64,000 nt of DNA, taken from positions 323,640,001-323,704,000 of the forward strand of contig OZ024740.1 of the NCBI GenBank assembly GCA_964016885.1, read 5' to 3'. Shown one piece after another: positions 1-13,634 of this stretch (positions are counted from its first letter, which is position 1; each line of letters starts with the position of its first letter). This DNA comes from Eledone cirrhosa (lineage: Eukaryota). The notes under the pieces were generated by a model. That model had not been told where the DNA came from and did no database searches. It saw only the letters and a list, made by a program, of their open reading frames with translations. Made by a program: the position numbers and the translations under genes.

Positions 1-1880
1 TCCAATGGAGAACTAAGTTGAAACAATACTAGCTTCAGCTGTAGCATTTTCCAAGGTGACACACTTTCAACTCTATGTTTCATAGCTCAAAATACTCTTA
101 CAATCGAAGTTAACAGAACAAGTTGTGGTTATAAAATTGACAAAAGAAAAATAAGCCATATTATATGTGAATGGCAAGGGCGGTGGATTGGCAGTATCGG
201 TAGAGGATCTGACGCCATGTTTTGCAGCAAAGAGTTACGGCCTTTTATGGTCTGAGTTCAAATCCCGCCGAGGTTAACTTTGCCTTTCATCCTTACGGGG
301 TCGATAAAATAAAGTACCAGTAATACACTGGGATAATTGCTGGCCTTGTGCCAAAAGTAGAAACAATTATATATGAATGGCCTAAAACTAGATGGCAAAG
401 CCAATGATGAGCTTGAACTTTTTTTACATACAGTGAAAACATTCAATGATGACATCGGGTTGGAATTTGGGCTTGGTAAGTGTGTCAATTCCACTTTCAG
501 GAAAATAAAAGTTGATAAACTCAAATTCAGTCGAACTAGACATTGAAACAGTTATAAAAGATATAAAGGAATAAACCTACAAATACCTAGGTATAAATGA
601 AGGCTCCGACATGCATAGTTCAAGCATGAAAGAGAAGATAAGAAAGGGGGAATGTTATAGGAGAGTACGAGAAATTTTCAAATCTGAGGTAAATACACAT
701 AACAAGATGATAGACATAAATTCATTAACAGCTCCAGTTGTTAGTTATAGCTTCAATGTGTTGAACAGGGATATGAGTGAAATAAAGAGAATTGACACAA
801 ACAATCGTAAGTTGCTGACTTTTAAGAAGATGTACCATCCAGAGGCAGATGGAAACTGTCTTTACCTTCCAAGAACTCAAAGAGGCAGAAGCTTGACCCA
901 GTTTTAACTGTCTTACAAAACCACCACAATTGAACTGGTCAAATATCTTGAAACTACAAAAGCCTGGATGGTAAAATTCGTTGAAAAATACGAGAGGAGT
1001 AAGAAGCTTTATTCTATCTTGAAAGAGAGCAAACATATTGCTACTGATCTCATGACTGATATCTAGGCTGGACAGACCAGGGGAACTGTGGTAACTGTTG
1101 TTGGAAATCAAGGAAAATTAAAAAGGGCATGAAAAATTGATATCCAGGTGGGAGCAGAAACCTCTGCATGACAAATATGTGGCCTGTAGCAAACGTGATG
1201 ATGTTGACCAGAAGCACACCCATCAGTGGCTACGTAGCTGAGGGCTTAAGGCAGAAAAGGAAGGCTTCATCTTAACTGTCCAAAATCAAAGCTTATAAAC
1301 TCGGAACTATCAAGCCAATGTGATGAGAAACGGAGTAGATCGAAAGTGCTAATTCTGCAATGATACGATTGAAACAGTGAAGCATGTAATTTCTGGATGT
1401 AAAGTTTAGAGCTTTAGTAGAGTATAAAGCATGGCATGACAGAGTTGGCCAATACCTACACTGGTTAATATGTCGATAGTAATGCTATGGTAACTGAGGT
1501 AGAAACTGTAAAGATTCTTTGGGACTTCACTGTACAAACAAACAGAACCATGAAAGCTAACAGACCAGATATTATTGTAAAAGTATGTCTATTGATTGAT
1601 ATGAGCATCCCATGTGATCACAATATTGCGGCAAAAGAATTTGACAGGGCCAGAAAATATAATGACTTACATATTGAAATTGAAGGAAATGTGACATCTC
1701 AAGTTTGTTACAATACCAGTGAATTTAGGAGCGCTAGCACTGATAAAAAATTAAATAATGAATATTGTTTGAGAACAATCCATGGCTTGCCACCTCTGCA
1801 GGAACTGCAAAAGACTGTTTTAACTAGTACGACTCGTATTGAGAAGAGTACTATCACTGTGGGAAAGATAACCGTCTATG
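1..1880 (+). mobile_element. Decayed RLE-type non-LTR retrotransposon (R4/Dong-like): RT, CCHC finger and PD-(D/E)xK endonuclease; 5' part runs off the window
   Basis: Pseudo-translation gives SIFQGDTLSTL (GIFQGDSLSP-type motif), degenerate YMDDLKL as YMNGLKL...FNDDIGLEFGLGKC, MYHPEADGNCLYLPRTQRGRSL, QKPLHDKY, KC*FCNDTIETVKHVISGC, HDRVGQYLHW, ILWDFTVQTNRTMKANRPDII..CLLIDMSIP. Many stops and frameshifts. Confidence 0.85.
176..366 (+). mobile_element. tRNA-derived SINE (family S1) with 15-bp target-site duplication
   Basis: A-box-like TGGCAGTATCGG, B-box GAGTTCAAATCCC; TSD TTATATGTGAATGGC (161-175) / TTATATATGAATGGC (367-381); further copies at 35649, 41888, 62072, 62258. Confidence 0.85.
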
Positions 1881-2287
1881 TAATTTCTTTACTTTTATTA
1901 GGTTATATTCCATAATTATTTAAGTTGTATATAATTGAGCACTCATATGATGAAATATTATGTTGTAAATAAGATTTTATACAGATAATGTGCACATGGA
2001 AACAGCAAATGATATACTTGTAAATGTGACAAGTGCGTGGCTTGAACAATATTGTATTTTTAGTGTTGTGGCTTATCAATGTATGCAATGAATTTCTTGC
2101 CCTCGGTGAGTTTCTGTGTCCTAGGTGTCGGGAAGACAATCGGAAAGAAATGGAAATAGAACTGAAGGAATAAGGTTTTTATAATAATAACACCACCTTT
2201 AGTCAATTCCCCTGTTCTTGTTTATTTCGCTTTTGTACAGTCTCCAACATCTTATGCAATATTAGACTCTACAGGAAATTATTATCA

Positions 2288-2294
2288 ACATCAA

Positions 2295-2325
<31 letters not shown>

Positions 2326-2410
2326 GTCAACAACAACAACATTATCATCATCATCCCCATTGTTATTATCACCATCATCATACCCATTATTATCATCATC
2401 ATCATCAATA
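2288..2410. repeat. (CAT)n/(CAA)n microsatellite
   Basis: Directly visible. Confidence 0.9.
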
Positions 2411-2860
2411 CCATATTTCAAACTTTATATCTCTTCTGAAGTCATTCCCCCGTTCAACTGATTTGGTTTTGTCACACAAAGCCACTGCTTTCGCATCTTC
2501 TATTGGAATAACCATCACCATCACCATCACAATCCCATGGAATGTGATATAATGATACTGCAATAGTGCTGCAATGACTAGTTATAATATTCTTCAATAG
2601 CAGATAGACAATATAATCGAACGACTAAATTGAACTTTTCCCTCGACTGTATTATTGAGTGTTAACATCAATACCTGGTCGTCAGTTCAGAAATGGTAGC
2701 GTCATAGTCTATAGGAGTGAGAAGTCATTTATCATTTCACGTTCTTGCATACAGACTATCATTTCAAAGGATCTTTCACACAGTCGCTCTTTCAAACATT
2801 TCGATTGGCTAGGATGATTTGTCAGATGACATCTGCTAGTCGATACCATCCATCAATCTG

Positions 2861-2896
<36 letters not shown>

Positions 2897-3078
2897 GTTT
2901 TCATTATTATTATAATATCATTTCTTCATACACATTTATATAACTAACAATATATATGTACTGTGAGCGCGCGAGAGATCATTATATATTTATAGAATTG
3001 TTACGATATTACCATATAGATTGTGTAGTCTTTTACATGCATGTGTAGGAATGCATATATATATATATATGTGCGCGC

Positions 3079-3129
<51 letters not shown>

Positions 3130-5024
3130 TGTGTGTGTATGTGTGTGTGTGTGTGTGTTTATGCGTGTATGTGCATGTGTGTATGCGTATGTATGAATGT
3201 ATGTATGTGTGAATGTATGTATGCATGCATGTATATATCTATATGTATCTATATATATATCAAGTATATATCAAGTATATATATCAAGTATATATATCAA
3301 GTACATATCTATATTTATATACATAAAGATATATACTTGCATGCATACATACATATACGTCTAAATGGACGTACACCGAATCGAACCCTACCGAAGCTAC
3401 TGCTAGTCCATCCGTGGTTGTCAAAGACTGTTTTCTGTAGTATTTTACAAGACGAAAATAAATCAAAACCTACGAAAAATTACGTATAGAATTATATATA
3501 TGACATTTAAGTCGGACAATATGTAACGAAGAGGATCTGTTAGACGTTTGGAGACTAAAGCAAACACTGGGTAAGTGACACGCAGAGGTAAAAGAGTAGG
3601 CTAGTGGCAACCGCCACAACAGGGCGGTGTGAAAATACCGAAACGAAAGAATGAGAAAATAGTCATGTGATAAGAAAGGAAAATGGAAGTGTTGCGTGCG
3701 TAACGAAAACTATTGGGAAGTTGGCAACAGGTACAAAACCTCCACTGTCATCGGCCGGCGAAATAAACATATACAATTTCGACCCCGACTAAAGAAGAAA
3801 AAAAGTGGTCCAAAATATATGCATTGATGAAATATTTATGCCAGTGGTCCGTATAGTTGTACAGAAAATTATGTAAAATATACAGAAATTATACATTCTC
3901 GAAACACGATCTCGTTTGTCTAGTCTTTCGGTCAACAGTACTCGACAGTTGATTTCAAAGTAATAGAATAATTTTAGGTGCTAAAAACTGTATAGATCGT
4001 CATTTTCAGCTTGCCATGCTTAATAAGAATCATCTTTGAAATTTTCCATGAAACATTTAAGCAAATATGTCGGCAAGCTAAAATTATATATTGTCTGATT
4101 GTCCTGCTATAGCATTTGTTACTGACTCAAGTTCTGTTTAACAATTTTAAATAAAGAAGAGTAGTGAGCGAGTTCCCAAGAGATATAGTTCTTGCAAGTC
4201 ATTTGCATTCAGGTTCTATAGTTACTTCTTGTCTATATTAACAGAATGTTTTCACCACTTACTGATGAAATGTTTCTTATATCCTTTTCACTGGCGTGAC
4301 CAGTGTATCCAGGATGTTCGTATAAGTATTAATGCCTTCTGGTAATTAATCTATGCCATTCTCAGAATAATCAGTCTCTTCTTACTCCATCTAAAATCTT
4401 AGATTTTGGTTTTGTCTATCAGTTCTTAATCTTTACAGATATGTTATGTTTTACAACCTCTTTTCCACTCTTCTGAAAACAAGGTGATTTTTTTTTTCAA
4501 ATGTATATTAATTCTCAGCGATATTATAGCTGTTAGAACTTAGGATGTTGTTGAAAGGAATATTACGTATCGGTAGACTTTTAGGGTTTGGGGGAAAACG
4601 GAAAAGAAACAAACTGAAGTTCACCTTGTGGCGGACATTTCATGACGATCTGAAACCCATCAACATCAACTTGTACAGCTGCGAAAGAGCAGCAGTGTAT
4701 TATCAACGTTGAAGTCAACTTGTCACCAAACATGCTACCCAGCACATGAGGACGTAAGTGTAAATTCTAAGTAAGTTATTTTAGTCTTGAGTTATTGAGA
4801 TAGTTTTTCCTTCAGTGAAATAATCTGGTGTTGTCTCTGGTTCCGCCAGTATCTTATGAAAGATCTTTTTCTTAACACATTATGTGTCCCTGTTAAATAG
4901 TTTAACCAGAAGATTTACATCTTATTCTGTCTTTCTTCATTCCACTTGTTTGTTTTTCGTAATGTTTAGGCTACTTCTTGTACCTTCATAATTGTATGCC
5001 ATTTTAATTATTTATTTATTCATT

Positions 5025-5043
5025 ATACTACTACTACTAGTAT

Positions 5044-5106
<63 letters not shown>

Positions 5107-5166
5107 CAGTAGAGCATCACTAGTAGTAGTGGTAGTGGTAGTGGTTGTAGTAGTAATAGCGGCAAC

Positions 5167-5221
<55 letters not shown>

Positions 5222-5233
5222 ATAGTAGTAGTA
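5025..5233. repeat. (TAG)n microsatellite
   Basis: Directly visible. Confidence 0.95.
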
Positions 5234-5289
5234 GCGATTTGCTGGAATTACCCACCACAGATAAGAATTCCCTACATATCATCAAACAA

Positions 5290-5472
5290 CACACACACAT
5301 ATATATACACACCTACATACACACACGTGTACACACACACAATGCCATATATACACACACGTGTACACACACACAACGCCATATACAATGCACATAAAAA
5401 TATACACTCAGAGACATGAACATCCTCCTCTCAATGTAAGAAACACACACATACACATATACACACAAACAT

Positions 5473-5503
<31 letters not shown>

Positions 5504-5668
5504 CACACCTACATACACACACACACATATATACACACCTACACACATATACACATATACATACAAACATACACACACATACACACATATATATATATAC
5601 ACCTACATAGACACACATACATACACACTCATATATATATATATATACACCTACATACACACACACAT

Positions 5669-5716
<48 letters not shown>

Positions 5717-5918
5717 CTACATACACACACACATACACATATATATATATATATATACACCTACATACTCACCTACATACACACACACTCATATATATAT
5801 ATATACGCACCTACATACACACACACACATATATATATACATACAAACATACACACACACATATATATATATATATACATACAAACATACACACACATAT
5901 ATATATACATACAAACAT

Positions 5919-5991
<73 letters not shown>

Positions 5992-6196
5992 CAAACATAC
6001 ACACACACACATATATATATATATACACAAACATACACACATATATATATATGCATACAAACATACACACACACATATATATACATACAAACATACACAC
6101 ACACACATATATATATATATACATACAAACATACACACACACATATATATATATACATACAAACATACACACACATATATATATACATACAAACAT

Positions 6197-6239
<43 letters not shown>

Positions 6240-6323
6240 CAAACATACACACACACATATATATATATATATATACAAACATACACACACATATATATAT
6301 ATATATATGCATACAAACATACA

Positions 6324-6355
<32 letters not shown>

Positions 6356-6366
6356 CATACAAACAT

Positions 6367-6401
<35 letters not shown>

Positions 6402-7269
6402 CATAGAAACATACAAACACACACATATATATATATATATACATTCAAACATATACACACACACGCATATATATATATACATACAAACATACACACACAT
6501 ATATATATACATACAAACATACACACACAGACATATATATATATATATATACATACAAACATACACACACACATATATATATATATACAAACATACACAC
6601 ACACATATATATATATACATACAAACATACACACACACATATATATACATACAAACATACACACACACATATATATATATACATACAAACATACACACAC
6701 ATATATATATATACATACAAACATACACACACACATATATATATATATATACACATACAAAAATACACACACACACACATATATATATATATACATACAA
6801 ACATACTCACACACATATATATATATACATTCAAACATACACACACACATATATATATATACATACAAACATACACACACACATATATATATATATATAC
6901 ATACAAACATACACACACACAGACACACATATATATATATATATAAATAGAAACATATAAACACACACATATATATATATATATACATTCAAACATATAC
7001 ACACACATATATATATATACATACAAACATACACACACACACATATATATATACATACAAAATACACACACATATATATATATATATAAATACATACAAA
7101 CACACACACATATATATATACATACAAACATACACACACATATATATATACATACAGACATACACACACACACATATATATATATATACATACAAACATA
7201 TACACACACACATATATATATATATATATACATTCAAACATACACACATATATATATATACATACAAAT

Positions 7270-7300
<31 letters not shown>

Positions 7301-7483
7301 CATACAAACATACACACACATATATATATATACATACAAACATACACACACACATATATACATATATATATACATACACACACATATATACATATATATA
7401 TACATACAAACATACACACACATATATACATATATATATACATACAAACATACACACACACATATATACATATATATATACAT

Positions 7484-7514
<31 letters not shown>

Positions 7515-8226
7515 CATACAAACATACACACACACATATATACATATATATATACATACACACACATATATACATATATATATACATACACACACATATA
7601 TACATATATATATACATACAAACATACACACACCGAATGTCCAAATGTGAGTCGGCAGATATGAATAGGTTCAAAGTCTTGAAGATATTTCTAATTAGAT
7701 TTGCACTCCCATCACAGCCTCACTCTCCATATATAGATACACACACACATATAGATACATACACACACAGATACATATACACACACATAGACACATACAC
7801 ACACACACATAGATACATACACACACAGATACATATACACACACATAGACACATACACACACACATAGATATATACACACATTGATACATACGCACATAA
7901 ATATACACAGGCATAGATACAGACACACACACAGATAGATACATAGACACACCCACATAGATACACACACACACACATAGACACATACACACACATATAG
8001 ATACATACACACACATATATACATACACACATACCCACGCGCATAGATACATACACACACATACACACACATACACACAGAGATACATATACACACACAT
8101 AGACACATACACACACATAGTTATATACACACATATATACACACATAGATACATACACAGATAAATACACACACACATAGATACATACACACACACACAG
8201 ATATATACATAGACACACCCACATAG

Positions 8227-8267
<41 letters not shown>

Positions 8268-8350
8268 GACACATATAGATAGGGACATACACATACACAC
8301 ACATATATATACATACACACACACACACATACACATACACACGCGCAGAG

Positions 8351-8402
<52 letters not shown>

Positions 8403-8520
8403 GCATAGACACACACACATATATATACACATACACACACATAGATACATCGATACATAGATATATACACACACATACACACACATACATACATACATAT
8501 AGACACACACACATATATAA
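5290..8520. repeat. Compound (CA)/(TA) minisatellites: CATACAAACATA(CA)n(TA)n units to about 7633, ATAGATACATA(CA)n units from about 7730
   Basis: Recurring anchor words with variable dinucleotide tracts; source of the HTY/YI/CV ORFs. Confidence 0.9.
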
Positions 8521-8624
8521 ACATAGGCATACATACGCATATTTATACATATACACGCACTATAAGACTTGCGTACAAAACTATACACACTATACACATT
8601 ATACACACTATACACACATATATA

Positions 8625-9130
8625 CATGTATGTAGTCACACACACACACATGTAGGCATTCATGCACACACTGTACACTGCGCTCTCAAATACATATACG
8701 TAACCTCACACATACACACACATATACATGTATGTATATATGTAGTCACACACACACACATACATTCATGCACACATTTGTACACTGCGCTCTCAAATAC
8801 CTATACGTAACCTCACACATACACACACATACATACATGTATATATGTAGTCACACACACACACATACATTCATGCACACATTTGTACACTGCGCTCTCA
8901 AATACCTATACGTAACCTCACACATACACACACATACATATATATATACACACATATATATACATACACACACATACATACATGTGTGTATATATGTAGT
9001 CACACACACACACATACATTCATGCACACATTTGTACACTGCGCTCTCAAATACCTATACGTAACCTCACACATACATACACACACATATATATATACAC
9101 ACATATATATACATACACACACATATATAT
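8625..9130. repeat. Tandem repeat, about 4 copies of a 105-155 bp unit
   Basis: Core TGTAGTCA(CA)n..CATTCATGCACACA..GTACACTGCGCTCTCAAATAC..ACGTAACCTCAC repeated four times. Confidence 0.9.
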
Positions 9131-9272
9131 ACGCACTAACACACGTCTCACTTTCTTTTCATTTATCTTTTCTTATTTTGTCTCTCTTTCTATTTCTCTC
9201 TATATATCTCTTTTCCCTCCTCTCTATCCCAGTCTCCCCCTCGATCCTGTCACACAACTGTCTCTCTCCCCT

Positions 9273-9355
<83 letters not shown>

Positions 9356-9512
9356 ACTTATCTTAACCCATCTCTTCTTCGTCTGCTTTTCTTATTACTT
9401 TACTCACTGTCTGTCTGGCTCTCCCTCCCCATCTCCCTCCCACTGTCTGTCAACTATTCATGACACCATCTTTTTCTGTCTCTCTCCGCTTCATTCGCTC
9501 TTACCGTCACCG

Positions 9513-9577
<65 letters not shown>

Positions 9578-9692
9578 ATCACTCTCTCCCTAACTACCTT
9601 TAATATAAAAGATTCTCATCATGATGTTCGTGTGCACAGACACACATTCCCCCCCCCATCTCTCTATCTATCTACCTATCTATCTCTCATAC

Positions 9693-9936
9693 CAAGGGAG
9701 CACCCCTTCTCTGTGCTCCTGAGGAAAAGGGTTGCACACTTTTTTCGGGGGTGTGTGCGACCCCCCGAGGCGCCTCCTCTCTATTGAGGATTTTGTTATA
9801 TACTTTATTCTGTTATATTTTATTTTATTTTTATATTTTGTTATTGCCTCCTCCTTATTGAGAACGTCTTGTTTTGTAAACTCCTAAAATTGTACTTGTC
9901 CCACTTTTGATGCCCTGGTGGCAAATAAAAGAAACA
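9693..9936 (+). mobile_element. 5'-truncated Tx1-like LINE, 3' UTR only, with perfect 16-bp TSD
   Basis: End TTGTCCC..GCCCTGGTGGCAAATAAAAGAAACA resembles the 3' ends near 11320 and 21125; TSD TATCTATCTCTCATAC at 9677-9692 and 9937-9952. Confidence 0.7.
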
Positions 9937-10346
9937 TATCTATCTCTCATACACACACACACACACATACAAACGCTCTATTTTTACACAAAATATCCCC
10001 GCTGTCCACCCTATCACGTGATAGAACCAAGCACTCATTTAAACTCCTCTCAAGCTCTGCCTCACCCTGCACCATCACCTCCATTACCGCCAAACACTGG
10101 TCATTTCACACTAATGCTAACTCACTGACCACACATTACATTTCTCCCTCCTCACTCCTAGTATCAACCTTTATATATATATATATCTGTCCTTCCGTAT
10201 GTCCATCTATCTATATATCTATCTAACTATATATTGAGTTAGAAACTCATTAAGGTCTCTTAAAATTATCTCAAGGAAAACATTTTCCGGGCTGTGTAAT
10301 ATAATTCAATATAAACAAAACGTTTATATTGAAAGAACACAATACC

Positions 10347-10668
10347 CATCTGTATTCAGATTATAAGGGACCAAGATTTGTTAGGTTGAACGGTATACTA
10401 ACTATAAACAAAACGGTCAGCCAGACTCAATTAAAAGAAAAAATTAAGAAAAAACAAAGCGTGTGTGATAACCATCGAACATCCAGAGAGTAAACTGTTT
10501 CGCATGAAATAAAGGGAATTACCAATTCTTTTGCTCTTCAGTGGATGTAAAGAATTAGTAAACTCTACAATTCTAGGTATCTTAGAAGACTAAATGAAAC
10601 GTTTTGTTTATAGTTAGTATTCTATTCAACCTAGCGAATTCTGGTCCCGTATAATGTCAATACAGATG
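10347..10668. mobile_element. Fold-back element with about 70-bp imperfect inverted arms enclosing a hammerhead motif
   Basis: 10347-10415 is the approximate reverse complement of 10600-10668. Confidence 0.7.
10479..10548 (-). ncRNA. Type I hammerhead ribozyme motif, one mismatch in stem III
   Basis: Minus strand ACATCCA-CTGAAGA-GCA[...]TGC-GAAA-CAG TTTA CTC-TC-TGGATGT: 7-bp stem I, intact core boxes, C:C mismatch in stem III. Confidence 0.65.
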
Positions 10669-10802
10669 TGTAAATATCTGTATTTTTCTCTCTTTATATT
10701 GAATTATATATATCTAGCTAGCTATTTACCTATCTCTCTGTCTGTCTTTCCCTCTATCCATCTATCTATATGTATATCTATCTATCTATCTATCTATCTG
10801 TC

Positions 10803-11327
10803 GGTCTATTGTCATGATCAAACCGCCACTCTCCTTCAAGAACGAAGGAGAGGCGGTTTTCCTTTGTATGATAGCTATGGCGAAAGAGGTTGTATGGTGG
10901 ACGAGGTTAAAAGGGCTGAGGTCAGACACCTTTCTCTTCAGCCAACAACTGATTCTTTTTTCAAATACCACTTTGGAAGAAGAATCAGGATGGAGAGAGA
11001 TGCTGTACCCCAGCAAGTTTTATCAAAGGTGGGTGAAAGTGGCGAGAATGGCCCAGGTGAATGGGCGTTCTCTCTATATCAGCCTGTAGGTTGTGGAAAA
11101 ATAGGAAGAGAGGAAACGGGTACAAACTATTCGTACTCCTGGAGATGAGGTTTGCACATTTTTTCTTGGGTATATGTTACCCATATGAGATGTCTCTCCC
11201 TATTGGGGAAAATCGATTAATTTTTAAATTACATTTGTGATAGCATTTTACACGTTTTTATTGTATGTAAACTTCCCCCTTTGTATTTGTCCCTTTCTTT
11301 TGTGCCCCTGTGGCTAATAAAGAAACA
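10803..11327 (+). mobile_element. 5'-truncated Tx1-like LINE (ORF2 C-terminus and 3' UTR) in (TATC)n
   Basis: IKPPLSFKNEGEAVFLCMIAMAKEVVWWTRLKGLRSDTFLF aligns with the end of ORF 21448-23073 (IEPPPSLGQEEQEIFLCLVAVAKEIIWWTRLKGLKTDTFLF); 16-bp TSD 10787-10802 / 11328-11343 with 1 mismatch. Confidence 0.85.
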
Positions 11328-11644
11328 TATCTATATATCTGTCAGTATGTCTGTCTGCCTGCATGTCTGTCCGTCTCTATTCCTTCCCCTTATACATCTC
11401 TTCATATCTGAAAACCCTATAAGTATATTCAAACCCCAGATTTAAAAGACCACTGTTGGTTTGTGAAGGTAATCTGAATGTAAGCTGGCTGTTGGTTAAA
11501 AACTGGACATAAATTGGTTTGTGAATGCGTGCTTGTATATGAAGGTGGTTGTATGTGTGTGATTTTCTGTGAATGTTTTTGTGTTAACGATGAGCGTTCG
11601 ATCAACGGAACGTCCAACTGATAGATTATCACGAAAGTGGTTGA

Positions 11645-11905
11645 TTATTGCAGAGGCACACGTGTCTCTATAACATAATTACCAAGCCGATCAGCGAGAC
11701 ACAATTTGTGATAAATTTGAATGATTTGAATTACAGGTGAAATTCATTTTTTCGGGCTTCCACATAGTTTCTATCTACCCAATATTACTCATTCGGCTTG
11801 GATCTACCTGGGTTATGTTATTGACACTTGCTCAAGATGATATACTGTAAGATCAAACAAGGGACTTCGTGATTTCCAATTCAACTTGTTAACTACTCAG
11901 TCATA
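11645..11905 (-). mobile_element. Old SINE-like fragments
   Basis: Degenerate similarity to 41128-41380 and 41600-41730 (GACACTTGCTCAAG / GAGCAAGTC core, decayed tRNA-like head). Confidence 0.35.
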
Positions 11906-12062
11906 CTACGTCCACTTCCAGTGGATAACATAATCTGAGCTAATCAGTCTGACAAAAAGATGAGATGGTCATAATAGGAACGTTTTTGATAATAAATGTA
12001 GCTGCTGTTTCTTGCAGGATTTGCATCCAGCTAAAGAGTCTCGTTAATTGACTTAGCTTTGT

Positions 12063-12286
12063 TTAACCATTTTCATACCAATCCGGTCAAAACCAAGCCA
12101 GTTTCTATGAAACAAACCATCCATTTTAAATTGCTCTTATTGATATATAATCCTTTCTTGAAGTTACTCTATTATTACTATCCTAATCTTGAAATAATTA
12201 ATAATGTTAGTAAATCCCTCGAAATGCTTTATCAATTAATTGAAATACACTTACTGTCTTTAGAAATATGGCAACAAATGGGTTAA
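12063..12286. mobile_element. Possible piggyBac-like MITE
   Basis: TTAA-CCATTTTCATACCA ... TGGCAACAAATGGG-TTAA: TTAA flanks and imperfect terminal inverted repeats. Confidence 0.4.
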
Positions 12287-13030
12287 ATATGTAAAAACGT
12301 TTTAGTTTTTCAATCAATGACAAAGTAAAGTGAGAGATCATTATACAGGCCGTGTTCAGTTCAGAAATAACTGCTCTTTAATGAGGTTTTAAATTTAGTT
12401 TAGCGAAAGGTTTTTACACTCGAAATCAAATTCTATTGATTTTTGCTTACGACGGGTTTCTGTTAAGTAAATCTCGAAATTTGGGATTTCTTCTTCTTTC
12501 AATCTCTTTTCGTTCATCGTCATCATCACCATCTTCAAGACAATCATCACTACTACGGTCATAATATTCCTCATAATGGTTTCTATCATCATAATCATCA
12601 TCATAATTAACCATCATAATCATGATCACCATCGTCACCATCGGCAGGCTGGTCAACATCCTCATCCTTATCGTCAGCACCTTTACTTGTTATCCTCTCT
12701 ACTCATCATCATCATCATCATCATCATCATCTTCTTCGCCCTCTTTTACCTTAGAACATTGTGGAGGTGGTGGTGGTGGGGGGGAGACGGAGCAGAATCC
12801 TTAGACACGCCCTCCTGTGCGGTGGGGGCATATTACAAGCTACCATCTCCAAATGGTACGGCTAGGGCCGTAAGCGACACCGACCAAGCTTATCCAGCTA
12901 TTTTCATTTGGGTCACCAGGTTATATTTGACATTGGAAAATGTAGGACGGCTTATACCTAACATCACTTTTGAGATGATGAGAAAATGGAACTGCTGGAA
13001 TATTTTACTGTTGATTATCTATCTATTTAT

Positions 13031-13099
<69 letters not shown>

Positions 13100-13634
13100 T
13101 AATTTTCTATTGATTTAATACTCATCTCATATTGATTTTATTATTGCTATTAATATTATCATCTATACCGTAACTATGCTCATCGTCGCCACCATCATCA
13201 CCATCTTCATCTCTACCATCAGCCTCCTCCTCATCATCCTCGTTGTCAACGCTACCGTCGTCAACATCGCTGGCAGCGACATCTTTAGGATTTGAAAGAA
13301 ATGAGTTGAATTTGATTTCACTGGAATCCGCCTCATTTCACAATTCAGTGAGAAATGATATTTTAAAAAAAACATTTTTTAAAAATTACTTTATCAGCCT
13401 TCAGAAAACTGATATTCAATTTAACGTGTGAATCAGTCATAAGATGGAAAATGAAAAAAAAAATGTAACACTTAAGGTCCTGTACCACATGAAACCGCAT
13501 TAGCAAGACATTCTTGAAAAGTACAAGACTGTATTGTGCCTACATCACATTAAAGATTAAAGATTTTACTTGAGTTTATTACAGATTGTAAAGATACTAT
13601 ACTCATTTGAATTAACAAACCCATTGCTAAGTAA

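Noticed and set aside
3900-4620. Possible old transposon coding remnant
   Set aside because: No motif I could confidently translate on either strand.
4679-4753. 75-nt AG..GTAAGT-bounded open segment (LRKSSSVLSTLKSTCHQTCYPAHED)
   Set aside because: Poor polypyrimidine tract, no recognisable homology or partner exons.
5361-8678. Long ORFs (up to 529 aa) of H/T/Y/I/C/V
   Set aside because: Read-through of (CA)/(TA) repeats, open in several frames on both strands; same for 46404-48872, 52007-53469 and 62693-63354.
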